Source: a virus
Strand: one strand, 5' to 3'
DNA: 64,000 bases
IMG/VR virus record: IMGVR_UViG_3300029286_002355
Span: 1-64,000 of that record
In this document: one piece after another, positions 1-8,453 of the stretch
Numbering within the stretch: the stretch's first letter is position 1
Layout: each line of letters begins with the position of its first letter
Translations under genes and position numbers: made by a program
Notes under the pieces: model-generated
Told to the model about the DNA's origin: nothing
Seen by the model: only the letters and a program-made list of their open reading frames with translations
The model's database searches: none

Positions 1-402
1 ATATGCGTAGAAGACCTATCAGTTAAGAATATGATGAAGAACCATTGCTTATCAAAGAGTATTTCGGATGCTTCTTGGGGTGAGTTCCTAAGACAACTGA
101 AATATAAAAGTGAGTGGAACGGAAGAAATCTTGTTAGTATAAACAAGTTCTTCCCTTCAAGTAAAACCTGCAATAAGTGTAAGTTCATTAATCAGGACTT
201 AACCTTAGCAGATAGGGAATGGGTCTGTCCTAGTTGTGGTGAAAAACTAAATAGAGACCTTAATGCTTCAAAAAACATATTGGAGCAAGGTATAAATAAT
301 TTCAACTCTGGATGTGGAATATATTCGGAGTCTAAACAAAAACTTGTGGAGGCGTTACCAAGTAAGGTAAGTCTTAGAAGCAAGAAACCCAGCGATCTTT
401 AG
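1..402 (+). CDS. tnpB: TnpB RNA-guided nuclease, 3' part (gene starts before the window)
   Basis: Open frame from base 1: ICVEDL (RuvC-II), FFPSSKTCNKC..WVCPSCG zinc finger, RDLNAS (RuvC-III). Confidence 0.92.
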   Translation: MCVEDLSVKNMMKNHCLSKSISDASWGEFLRQLKYKSEWNGRNLVSINKFFPSSKTCNKCKFINQDLTLADREWVCPSCGEKLNRDLNASKNILEQGINNFNSGCGIYSESKQKLVEALPSKVSLRSKKPSDL

Positions 403-417
403 TCGCTGGGTAGTTCA
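388..417 (+). mobile_element. IS200/IS605 right-end hairpin
   Basis: CCCAGCGA-TCTTTAG-TCGCTGGG then TAGTTCA; same loop as the ends at 30277 and 41376. Confidence 0.85.
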
Positions 418-433
418 TGCATTTTGGTTCCTC

Positions 434-772
434 CTAAATATTTGTCCATTTTTTATCAATGGCAATTTTGTCTTCTCGTTCTTTTCTTTCTTTGTTTATT
501 TGATCTTGTGCCCTCTTGTCTTTTAAGGTTGGCGTATAGAGACATACCACTTCGTTTCCAGAACTATCTAGCCACTTATGGAGTTCTGGTTTAGCTCTTT
601 TTTCTACTTTTGTTTTCTTTACTAGCCTTCCCTCTTTCCATTCCATTTTATAAGCAGAGGGTGGGGCATAGAGATGGCAATGGGGACAATGTATCCACTT
701 ACCTTTTTCGCTCAGGAGACCATGTTCTGCAAGAAATCCTACATTGTCAAGATGTTCACATTTTTTATTCAT
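434..772 (-). CDS. hypothetical protein (CxxC)
   Basis: ORF in the minus-strand gene train. Confidence 0.65.
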   Translation of the reverse strand: MNKKCEHLDNVGFLAEHGLLSEKGKWIHCPHCHLYAPPSAYKMEWKEGRLVKKTKVEKRAKPELHKWLDSSGNEVVCLYTPTLKDKRAQDQINKERKEREDKIAIDKKWTNI

Positions 773-983
773 CTATTACGCCCTTTACCTTTACGATCTC
801 GCCATAAAAAAATGCTTTAGCTGAATAATGACTTCCATATATACCCAGTTTAACTTCAGGGTGTTTTTCCTCTAAAATTTTGATGGCTTCCGATAGACTG
901 TTTGCCAACAATAAATAATGTTCTTCGGGATATCTGTCTGCTATAGTAATCCTATAAAGATCAAATGGTTCTGCTCCCAACAT
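765..983 (-). CDS. hypothetical protein
   Basis: ORF with GGAG SD, overlaps next gene. Confidence 0.65.
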   Translation of the reverse strand: MLGAEPFDLYRITIADRYPEEHYLLLANSLSEAIKILEEKHPEVKLGIYGSHYSAKAFFYGEIVKVKGVIDE

Positions 984-991
984 AGGTCTCC

Positions 992-1405
992 TTATTTTTC
1001 CAATACGGTATTATTTGTTGCGACCACGTTATAATCATTATTCACTTTGCTTCCCCATAGATTTTTCCCCTTGGTTTCTTCTATGACTATTTTTTCAGCG
1101 GTCCAAAAGGATACTTCTTTATAATCCCAACTTCTAACCGTTCCCTTTTCATCAAGAAACATTATAACGGTGGTGTTATTGGTTCTTATTATTGCTGTGG
1201 GTTCTTTATATTCAATGTTTTTATCTCCAATTTTTGCTACAAAAGTCGGTAATAGTAAAAATACAATAGGAAAGAGTAGCATAAACGCAAGAAAACCTTC
1301 AGCTTCAGAATCAGACCAAGGGCTCTCAACAATTAAATACACTTGCGCTAGAAAACATATGATGGCTGCAATCAAGCACAAAACAACTAAAATGGTAACG
1401 ATCAT
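992..1405 (-). CDS. membrane protein (2 TM)
   Basis: Two N-terminal hydrophobic stretches. Confidence 0.7.
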   Translation of the reverse strand: MIVTILVVLCLIAAIICFLAQVYLIVESPWSDSEAEGFLAFMLLFPIVFLLLPTFVAKIGDKNIEYKEPTAIIRTNNTTVIMFLDEKGTVRSWDYKEVSFWTAEKIVIEETKGKNLWGSKVNNDYNVVATNNTVLEK

Positions 1406-1800
1406 ATTCTCCTTTTTGATGAAAGCTTTTGAATTTCTTTATCGAAAAACACAATTTCTTTCTGTAAAGATTTCATTTTGCTATTATTTTCTTTGAGGAA
1501 ATTTCTTTTTTGTTTCAGAAGATAAGAAATGTCCTGCTCTTTTATTTTCTTATTGTTTTTATAAAATAGTATAGATTGGTTAATGTCATCATCGGTGGCT
1601 ATTCTTATTCCGTAAATTCTTGCATTGATAGAATAATCTTCAACTTCGGGGCTTGTTCCTATGCGTTTAGTTCCTGCTTCAAACCTAAGATGTTTCCACC
1701 CTTCGTTTTTCAAGTTCACCATAGCTTGAGTTACTTCTTCATAGGGTGGATGTGGAGATTTAAGTTCGAAAGAGTCTTCATACCAAGTTGTCTTTTTCAT
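1402..1800 (-). CDS. hypothetical protein, C-terminal coiled coil
   Basis: ORF with ATGA overlap. Confidence 0.7.
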   Translation of the reverse strand: MKKTTWYEDSFELKSPHPPYEEVTQAMVNLKNEGWKHLRFEAGTKRIGTSPEVEDYSINARIYGIRIATDDDINQSILFYKNNKKIKEQDISYLLKQKRNFLKENNSKMKSLQKEIVFFDKEIQKLSSKRRI

Positions 1801-1802
1801 AT

Positions 1803-2195
1803 TTACACCGTTAGTTTTTGAACCCTATTTTCAAAATCAACATGAACCGCTACTAAGAGGGCTTTTTTCTTTTCTTCTCTCTTTGAATTACCCGATAGCT
1901 TTTTGAGATATTCCTTGTTTCTTTCTAGGAGGGTGGTTATTTCTTCTCTGGATCGTCTATCTTGTGGATAAATCGCAAAGTAGTCATCAGCCGTAATAGG
2001 TCTTATTTCTTCTTTAGCCATATTTTTCCCTTTCGTTTTTGCAACAAATGAAACTATATCGTCATTGTCATCAATAATTACATCGGCTTCTTCTGCATCG
2101 TCTTCGTCATCTTCGGATGTTTCTTCTGCGTCTTCGTCATCATAAACAACATCGTCATCAAAGTCATCTTGGTGTTGTGTTTTCTTAGGGCTCAT
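1803..2195 (-). CDS. hypothetical protein with acidic D/E-rich N-terminus
   Basis: DDFDDDVVYDDEDAEETSEDDEDD tract. Confidence 0.7.
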   Translation of the reverse strand: MSPKKTQHQDDFDDDVVYDDEDAEETSEDDEDDAEEADVIIDDNDDIVSFVAKTKGKNMAKEEIRPITADDYFAIYPQDRRSREEITTLLERNKEYLKKLSGNSKREEKKKALLVAVHVDFENRVQKLTV

Positions 2196-2410
2196 AACGC
2201 TCCTAACTTAATAACGTTTAATTTAAGAAAAGTGAGTGTTACAATGACCAACATAAAAACGCAGATTAATCTGAACATTTCCATAGCGGCATCGTGCGGT
2301 ACATATTCTTTAATATGGATTCCGTAAAGAACAAAAAGAAATGACACCAGAGTTGAAGGCCATCTCCAACTTTTAATGCCTTGTAATAATTGAGTCATAT
2401 CGTTTGTCAT
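2192..2410 (-). CDS. small membrane protein
   Basis: Two hydrophobic segments. Confidence 0.65.
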   Translation of the reverse strand: MTNDMTQLLQGIKSWRWPSTLVSFLFVLYGIHIKEYVPHDAAMEMFRLICVFMLVIVTLTFLKLNVIKLGAL

Positions 2411-2421
2411 TTTATCTCGTT

Positions 2422-2613
2422 TTATGATACATAGATTTTCATCAAATCTCCCGCCTCATAAGTCATTACGCTTTTTTCAACTACATATTCTTTGTCTTCA
2501 ATATGTATAAAATTTGAACAAGAATAACCTATAAGCTGACATACCGTTGCGGAAGGTATAGATAACAATTCTTTATCGCCATAGCTAGATAATTTTATAA
2601 TTTTAATGTCCAT
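2422..2613 (-). CDS. hypothetical protein
   Basis: ORF in gene train with SD. Confidence 0.6.
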   Translation of the reverse strand: MDIKIIKLSSYGDKELLSIPSATVCQLIGYSCSNFIHIEDKEYVVEKSVMTYEAGDLMKIYVS

Positions 2614-2642
2614 AATTTCCCTTTATTATACAGGATCGACAA

Positions 2643-2837
2643 CTATAATTTTATTTCGTTTGTTGCGGATATAGTTGTATTTGTTTTCCACTGAAATTTC
2701 CCTTGATTATAGGTAGCATGGTTATTTTCAACCGCTTCGTCCTTAATAGACTTTTCTCCATACTGATAGAACATGATACAACACGCCAAACAGAAAACAG
2801 TTATGCACCATATACTAGCTAATTTACATGCATCCAT
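2643..2837 (-). CDS. small membrane protein
   Basis: One TM segment, SD. Confidence 0.6.
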   Translation of the reverse strand: MDACKLASIWCITVFCLACCIMFYQYGEKSIKDEAVENNHATYNQGKFQWKTNTTISATNEIKL

Positions 2838-2853
2838 TTCTTACCCCCTTGTA

Positions 2854-3240
2854 CTATTGGTTTTCTTCTAATAGAGTTAATTCGTTTCTTGTAAAATTAA
2901 TTTTGTTACCATAAGCGTTGATATCCCAAGCCCTAATGACACGGATAGAAGATTCGGGGGCAGTAAACAGTTTAATATCTGAAGTTTGATAGGTTTGACC
3001 CTGACAAGTGACAAACATGGTATATTGGCTTTTAGCTATTTCATCGGGTACTATAATTTCAGTTTGTGTTCCACCCCAAGCTCCAACATTAGCAATCATT
3101 CCAAAACCTAAAAGAATATCAACCCCCAAGGCAAAGAGAAAAGATCCCCAAACATTACTATCTTTCATTGCAAGCCCAACAACGGTTCCAAAGATACATA
3201 TGTATGCGATCATCCAACATATAAATAATATCATAAGCAT
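2854..3240 (-). CDS. membrane protein (2 TM)
   Basis: Hydrophobic N-terminal half, GGAG SD. Confidence 0.7.
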   Translation of the reverse strand: MLMILFICWMIAYICIFGTVVGLAMKDSNVWGSFLFALGVDILLGFGMIANVGAWGGTQTEIIVPDEIAKSQYTMFVTCQGQTYQTSDIKLFTAPESSIRVIRAWDINAYGNKINFTRNELTLLEENQ

Positions 3241-3241
3241 G

Positions 3242-3478
3242 TTACTCCTTCATGTTGTCTAGGGTTTCGTTCCATTGATCAATCATTTTGTCCAATAAAT
3301 CTTCTGCGGTTATTGTCTGAGAAAGCTCATCAAATTTCACTGTCATTCCCCAATAACATTCTTTATTGCTGCAACAAATAGAAACAGAAGGAAAAGAATG
3401 CATACTCCCATAGGTGTTATGCACCTCCATCTTTCCCTTACAACGTGGGCAGTTATTGATATGACGATACGTTTCCAT
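3242..3478 (-). CDS. zinc-ribbon protein (Lar-like)
   Basis: CPRC ... CSNKEC motifs. Confidence 0.6.
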   Translation of the reverse strand: METYRHINNCPRCKGKMEVHNTYGSMHSFPSVSICCSNKECYWGMTVKFDELSQTITAEDLLDKMIDQWNETLDNMKE

Positions 3479-3480
3479 AA

Positions 3481-3726
3481 TTACTCATCCTCCCAGTTAT
3501 CAAAGCATAAACTGTCTCTGTTATTTTCTCCAATATTGCAACCCACATGAAACCTACCTCCAACTTCCATTTTATCAAAGATGGCGGGAGGAATACCGTG
3601 CCAGTCTATGAAAACAGGAATATCTATCTCCCATCCCGGAATGATTACGACCACTCCTTTGCTTGTAAGGCTATGAACTCTGACTAGGGTTCTCCACATT
3701 CTCTTTTTTGGATCTTCCTTTTTCAT
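3481..3726 (-). CDS. hypothetical protein
   Basis: ORF with ATGA overlap. Confidence 0.65.
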   Translation of the reverse strand: MKKEDPKKRMWRTLVRVHSLTSKGVVVIIPGWEIDIPVFIDWHGIPPAIFDKMEVGGRFHVGCNIGENNRDSLCFDNWEDE

Positions 3727-3977
3727 TCCTGAACCTGCGTTATTTCCGGGTGGTTTTTAATATATGTGTCTTTCCCCTCGCAAAAGTAAAAGATTGACCA
3801 TCCTAGCCAAATAATAAGAAGCAGGATTATATGGGCGACAATAACATTTCTTGTCTCTTCTTCGGAATCATAAGCCATTTCTTTTGGAATAAACCATAAA
3901 AGAAAGTAATAAACACCAATAATAATAGCCGCAATGGGAACATACGCTAATGCTGTTAATAGTATAACCGGAATCAT
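3723..3977 (-). CDS. membrane protein (2 TM)
   Basis: Two hydrophobic segments. Confidence 0.65.
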   Translation of the reverse strand: MIPVILLTALAYVPIAAIIIGVYYFLLWFIPKEMAYDSEEETRNVIVAHIILLLIIWLGWSIFYFCEGKDTYIKNHPEITQVQE

Positions 3978-4189
3978 TTAACTCTCCTTTGTTTTTTGCA
4001 ACGTTTAAACGGTTCAAGATTAATGTTTAACAGCTTTTTGGCAACCTTCTCTTGCTCTTTGGGAGACAGATAGCGAAACCACATATCGGGAGATTCTTCG
4101 TCTTGAGGGCAACCCAATTCCGCCAAATTTTCACAAAAACCAAGTATGACCTTAGCAACAATTTTTTCCAGTTTTTTTTCCAGTTTCAT
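3974..4189 (-). CDS. hypothetical protein
   Basis: ORF in gene train. Confidence 0.6.
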   Translation of the reverse strand: MKLEKKLEKIVAKVILGFCENLAELGCPQDEESPDMWFRYLSPKEQEKVAKKLLNINLEPFKRCKKQRRVK

Positions 4190-4201
4190 AGTCCCTTTCG
4201 T

Positions 4202-5389
4202 TTATCCGTTTAGTCTGACGTACTCTTTATTCAATTCTATTTGTTGCAGCAAAATATGAAGTTCGTGACCCATATTTCCTCTTGCCTTAGCTTCATACAT
4301 CTCATAAAACGGTTCCCAAGCAAATATTTTCTTTCTAGCCAACATTTTTGTAAGGAAATCACTTCTCCCCTGTAGCCATTTACCTTCGAATTCGTTTTTG
4401 GTTAAGCCACTGTTCTTTAGATACTCTTCTTTAACCCTCTTAACATAATTATCGTAACCATCAACGTCTGAAGCCAATACCAGCAAATCAATACTGGAAA
4501 ACCTTTCTTCAAGTTCGGTTTTATATTCGCAAGTTTCATGTTTGGTTGAAGCAATAAGAGTCTTAACTAATTCACGACTTTTTTCATCACAGCGAAGCAG
4601 CCTTATATGTGCATAACTCATACAATCATCTACTGTCGCAAAAACGTCATGCAACCAAAAAGCCATTTCAACTTCGAAACGTTTATCTATCGTGGCCATA
4701 GAATCGAATGTTTCCAAGCAATTTAGGATGTGATTGATGTTATGATAAGCGTTTGAATTCATTCCTTTTATTCTCAACCACATTTCTTCTCTGACATTTG
4801 GAGATGGCGGAACATTAAATCCCATTTCTCCATTTACTAATTTCATAAAACGCTTTTCGGCATATTGAGTAACTAGATAATCCAAGGTAAGCGGAGAAAC
4901 ATATTGCTCCACAACTTTTCGCCACCCTCTTTGTCCTACCAATCCCTTAACCCAAGAAGAACTAACCAAACTTAAAGCTTCATCGGGCATTAAATAAAGC
5001 GTTTCTACGGATGGCTGAATAATCTTGTTGGTATGGTAAATCTGATTCTCGTAATGAAAATCCATAGAATCTCGAATGCCACGAACCAGAAACTTTGCCC
5101 CTATCTCCTTGGCAAAATCTACTAGATAGGTTGTGTCAGGTAGAGTTTGAATAACCACATTGTTTTCTTGGACTCCTGCAATATATTGAATGGTGTCTCG
5201 CAGCATTTCAACTCTGTCTTCAATAGGGAAGGAAGGCGTTTTATTTACGTTAGTTGCAACAACAATATGGAGTTTATCAAAAACAGAACAAGCTTTCTTG
5301 ATAATTTGAGAATGGCCCAAGGTGCAAGGGTCAAAAGTTCCTCCATAGGCGGCAATAAGTTCTCCAGAGTTATTCATATTTTCCCTCAC
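4202..5389 (-). CDS. coaD: phosphopantetheine adenylyltransferase fused to an HD-superfamily phosphohydrolase domain
   Basis: AYGGTFDPCTLGH and LVRGIRDSMDFHYE (CoaD motifs); C-terminal YHNINH..LHDV..TKH..DLLVLA (COG4339-type HD domain). Confidence 0.88.
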   Translation of the reverse strand: MRENMNNSGELIAAYGGTFDPCTLGHSQIIKKACSVFDKLHIVVATNVNKTPSFPIEDRVEMLRDTIQYIAGVQENNVVIQTLPDTTYLVDFAKEIGAKFLVRGIRDSMDFHYENQIYHTNKIIQPSVETLYLMPDEALSLVSSSWVKGLVGQRGWRKVVEQYVSPLTLDYLVTQYAEKRFMKLVNGEMGFNVPPSPNVREEMWLRIKGMNSNAYHNINHILNCLETFDSMATIDKRFEVEMAFWLHDVFATVDDCMSYAHIRLLRCDEKSRELVKTLIASTKHETCEYKTELEERFSSIDLLVLASDVDGYDNYVKRVKEEYLKNSGLTKNEFEGKWLQGRSDFLTKMLARKKIFAWEPFYEMYEAKARGNMGHELHILLQQIELNKEYVRLNG

Positions 5390-5711
5390 TAACTCTCTTT
5401 ATAGAATTGCGAATATCAATTTGTTGCAGTTTCTTCCTGTCTTCGGAAATCCCTCTCGCTTTATCTAAGTTGCTTTCTATCCAATAATATAATCCTGCTA
5501 TTGTGTAAAAAACGATAAGAAATGCAATCACAACCCCCGGCATGAAATAAACCATAAAAACCAGCCATACATTTGCGCTTAAGAACATCCAAGAAGCCAA
5601 TAACCATAAAAGAGAACCTATAATTACTATGGCGGCAAGCATTCCCAGAACCATAGCAATTTCCTTAATCTTTAGCCAACAAAAAATAAGCGCAACATTT
5701 GTGGTTTTCAT
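5370..5711 (-). CDS. membrane protein
   Basis: Long hydrophobic segments. Confidence 0.65.
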   Translation of the reverse strand: MKTTNVALIFCWLKIKEIAMVLGMLAAIVIIGSLLWLLASWMFLSANVWLVFMVYFMPGVVIAFLIVFYTIAGLYYWIESNLDKARGISEDRKKLQQIDIRNSIKRVSEGKYE

Positions 5712-5718
5712 TTTCCCC

Positions 5719-6249
5719 TCAGTTTTTTTGATTCTGAAATAGTGCCGAAAGCATATTATCTATTATTTTGCTTTTCGACCCATTCCCATTTTTAATTTCT
5801 TTCTGCATCGCTTTACCAAATTCAGTAAGATGATACTTAACGCTCTTCCCCGAAAGCAAACCATCACCGCTTATACTAACGATTCCTTTCCGCCTCAGAC
5901 CTTCCATTACTACCATGCCAAAAAGATTAGGGATCTTATCTTGAACATTTCCATACATAAAGTCTTCGCTATCATCATAATCAAATACACCTTCTCTACC
6001 CAGAACAAGAGATACAAGAGCCATGATGTCTTCCCATTCTTCTTCGTTAACTTCATGGCCTTCGTCAAAGTTGTCCATATACTTTTCTAACATGGAAAGA
6101 GTATCTTTGTCAATGCTTTCCAACCATTTTTGAAAGGCCCAATCTCCCTTGACTTTCTTTTCGGTTTCTACAAAATACACCGACATAGGAAGATCAGTAA
6201 TGGTAGATCGGTCAATATTATCAAACCGGTTTACTTTATTGGAATTCAT
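5719..6249 (-). CDS. hypothetical protein
   Basis: 176-aa ORF with SD. Confidence 0.7.
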   Translation of the reverse strand: MNSNKVNRFDNIDRSTITDLPMSVYFVETEKKVKGDWAFQKWLESIDKDTLSMLEKYMDNFDEGHEVNEEEWEDIMALVSLVLGREGVFDYDDSEDFMYGNVQDKIPNLFGMVVMEGLRRKGIVSISGDGLLSGKSVKYHLTEFGKAMQKEIKNGNGSKSKIIDNMLSALFQNQKN

Positions 6250-6313
6250 AAATATCCCCTGTTTTACGTCTCGGATACATTATGATAGGTTTTTAAAAAA
6301 ATGCAAGAAGAAT

Positions 6314-6532
6314 TTAGGATTTCTTATCGGTGAAGGAATGGATAAGTTTCATGGCATGAGTAGTGCAAAGACAGAAACCTTCAATAAAGATTTCTGATTG
6401 TTTTTTGCAACTGAGGAATTCGCAACCTGTTTTTCGTTCTTCGGGTAGAATTTCGGCAAAGAGCTGGCTTTTAATGGCTTGCTCTATTACCTCATTTACG
6501 GTTACGGGCTGTTCTTTTGTTTTCTTTTTCAT
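6314..6532 (-). CDS. hypothetical protein (Cys/His motif)
   Basis: ORF in gene train. Confidence 0.55.
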   Translation of the reverse strand: MKKKTKEQPVTVNEVIEQAIKSQLFAEILPEERKTGCEFLSCKKQSEIFIEGFCLCTTHAMKLIHSFTDKKS

Positions 6533-6563
6533 ATCAAGTTTTTGTTTTACTTGCCCATGATAT

Positions 6564-7118
6564 TTACTTATTATGCCAGATCCACGTTATTATACCTAGG
6601 TGATCCCCATTACTTAAAAGTATTTTTGCCTGTGATTTAGAAGAACTTCCATCGGTAGGAAGACAACCTATATTATAGCCATGTCCCATGAATGCTGTAC
6701 CTACATTTGAACACTTTAGCTGGCACTCACTTTCTTCGTTTTTAAATATGAAATCCTTTGTCCATTCGGCATCCCAAAACATGTCATAGAGACTGTCGCT
6801 GTAAGCTTCCGTTCTATATTTTTGAATATCCTTGGCAATAATAGCAACAGGGTAAGCGTAATAATAAGTTCTTTTTTCAGAATCATCGGAGAAAGGACAG
6901 TCGTATTTTAGAATTTTTCGAAGGTCAAACATTCTATGCTTATAGTATCCCATTAAAACTAAATTCTTCCAAACGTTGTATCCCCACATTTCTATAGGCA
7001 ATAAGTCGTTATCTTTAAGGTCATTATTTTCAAGTGGAACAATATAGTCTCCTCCGTAAAGCAAATCCCCATATTCGGGTTGCCACCTTTTTTGAGCTTT
7101 TACTACAGAAAAGTTCAT
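6564..7118 (-). CDS. hypothetical protein
   Basis: 184-aa ORF with SD. Confidence 0.7.
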   Translation of the reverse strand: MNFSVVKAQKRWQPEYGDLLYGGDYIVPLENNDLKDNDLLPIEMWGYNVWKNLVLMGYYKHRMFDLRKILKYDCPFSDDSEKRTYYYAYPVAIIAKDIQKYRTEAYSDSLYDMFWDAEWTKDFIFKNEESECQLKCSNVGTAFMGHGYNIGCLPTDGSSSKSQAKILLSNGDHLGIITWIWHNK

Positions 7119-7127
7119 GATTTTACC

Positions 7128-7319
7128 TCACTTGATTTTTACTTCGGGAGATTTATCGTTTTCGGTTTCAATATCTTCAAGCAAACACCATGGCGGAAAC
7201 TCTTTTGCTTCGTCTTCTTTTGAAAAATACTTATTGCTCTTCTCGCAAAATCCACCGGCCAAGTAACCAAACTTATGTAGAATACATTGGTGGCAACTTA
7301 ATATGGGTAAATATTTCAT
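7128..7319 (-). CDS. small Cys-rich hypothetical protein
   Basis: CHQC..FCEK..WCLL. Confidence 0.6.
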   Translation of the reverse strand: MKYLPILSCHQCILHKFGYLAGGFCEKSNKYFSKEDEAKEFPPWCLLEDIETENDKSPEVKIK

Positions 7320-7795
7320 TTTATCTCCAATAGTTCTTTTAGTTGTTTAATAGTTATGCTAGAAACATCAGATATCCTACTACCCTTGCATTTACTACAG
7401 GTTACTTTCTTTTCTCCGTTACATTTCCTACATGGCCCATCATAAGACTCTACGCCGTTGGGTGATCCATATTCAAACCATCCCTTAACATGCTCTTTAC
7501 CTTTACCGTTGCAGACATAGCAAGTTTCTTTACCATCTGTACAATCACATTTTTCTTTTCCAATAACTTTTATCGCAAAGTCTTCAGGGTTAAGACTGCT
7601 TTTGACAGGTTCAACTTCTGAAAAATGTATTCCCAAATGACTACCGAACATTAATCCTTCTCCATCAATGGCAATACTTTCTACCTCTTCCTCGTCGCCT
7701 TTATAATGCCATATCTCACCATAAGCATCCCGAATGTCGTGTAGTATTTTAACTGTATCTCCAACCTTATAGGGGTTTTTCTTATGGGGTTTCAT
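7316..7795 (-). CDS. protein with DnaJ-type CxxCxGxG zinc-finger repeats
   Basis: CYVCNGKG, CRKCNGEK, CSKCKGS. Confidence 0.7.
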   Translation of the reverse strand: MKPHKKNPYKVGDTVKILHDIRDAYGEIWHYKGDEEEVESIAIDGEGLMFGSHLGIHFSEVEPVKSSLNPEDFAIKVIGKEKCDCTDGKETCYVCNGKGKEHVKGWFEYGSPNGVESYDGPCRKCNGEKKVTCSKCKGSRISDVSSITIKQLKELLEIK

Positions 7796-7797
7796 GG

Positions 7798-8031
7798 TTA
7801 CTTCTTTTTCTTCTTGGATTCCACCATATCAATCAACAAACTATTTATGGCATAGTCAACCAAGGCATCCTTATCTTCGGTTATTTTTCTAAGTCCATAT
7901 TCGGCAAGCTTATCCATAACCTTTTCGTCTGCCGTAAAATCCACCTTATATGTTTTAGCAGGAATAAACTTGCCAAACTTGATCGAGCCAACAACTCCAC
8001 CTTCATCTACTTTACCTATTTTCTTTTTCAT
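7798..8031 (-). CDS. hypothetical protein (possible ribbon-helix-helix DNA binder)
   Basis: ORF with GGGAG SD directly after pentamer array B. Confidence 0.6.
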   Translation of the reverse strand: MKKKIGKVDEGGVVGSIKFGKFIPAKTYKVDFTADEKVMDKLAEYGLRKITEDKDALVDYAINSLLIDMVESKKKKK

Positions 8032-8047
8032 ATATCTCCCTATTTAA

Positions 8048-8107
8048 AAACCGTGCCTTGCCTTGCCCTGCCTAGCCGCCCCAGTGCTTGCCTCACCGAA
8101 CCTGACC
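8048..8107 (-). ncRNA. GGY-NN pentamer array B (candidate VIPR-type guide RNA)
   Basis: Minus strand GGTCA GGTTC GGTGA GGCAA GCACT GGGGC GGCTA GGCAG GGCAA GGCAA GGCAC GGTTT: 12 units, 10 start with GGY; intergenic. Confidence 0.75.
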
Positions 8108-8110
8108 ATT

Positions 8111-8386
8111 TCATTTTAAAGCTTCACTTGCCACTGGATGTATTCCCGTTCCTTTACACCCACTACAAGGGCAATCATCATAAGGATAAGGATCGGGCTG
8201 TTTACCACTCCCTTGACAGGAAGGACATTTAATAGATGCCAAAGCCTTTCTTAGCTTTTGTATTTCTTCTGTTAGTTTTTTAATTTCTTTTGCTGCTTCT
8301 TCCGCCAAAGGGTCTCCGGGTGACAAATCCAATCCTATTGAACCTGCCTCTACAAGTCTATCAATTAAATCATTGTGAATGCTCAT
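8111..8386 (-). CDS. small protein with coiled coil and CxxCxGxG zinc finger, between the two pentamer arrays
   Basis: CPSCQGSG..CSGCKGTG; ATG follows array A directly and the stop precedes array B. Confidence 0.7.
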   Translation of the reverse strand: MSIHNDLIDRLVEAGSIGLDLSPGDPLAEEAAKEIKKLTEEIQKLRKALASIKCPSCQGSGKQPDPYPYDDCPCSGCKGTGIHPVASEALK

Positions 8387-8387
8387 A

Positions 8388-8447
8388 AAACCGTGCCTTG
8401 CCTTGCCATGCCTCGCAAAAACGCACCTTGCCTAGCCATGCAACACC
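8388..8447 (-). ncRNA. GGY-NN pentamer array A (candidate VIPR-type guide RNA)
   Basis: Minus strand GGTGT TGCAT GGCTA GGCAA GGTGC GTTTT TGCGA GGCAT GGCAA GGCAA GGCAC GGTTT: 12 units, 9 start with GGY; begins 6 nt after the RAMP gene stop. Confidence 0.75.
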
Positions 8448-8453
8448 TCGAAA

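Noticed and set aside
4202-5389. Reading the adenylyltransferase as NadD/NMNAT to complete the NAD pathway
   Set aside because: GTFDPxTxGH plus RG(I/L)RxxxDFxYE is the CoaD signature, and coaB and coaC are present.
8048-8447. Calling the pentamer runs a CRISPR array or a simple microsatellite
   Set aside because: No repeat-spacer structure of CRISPR size. Fixed 12-unit length, constant GGY with variable NN, and position beside a RAMP-like gene argue against random slippage.
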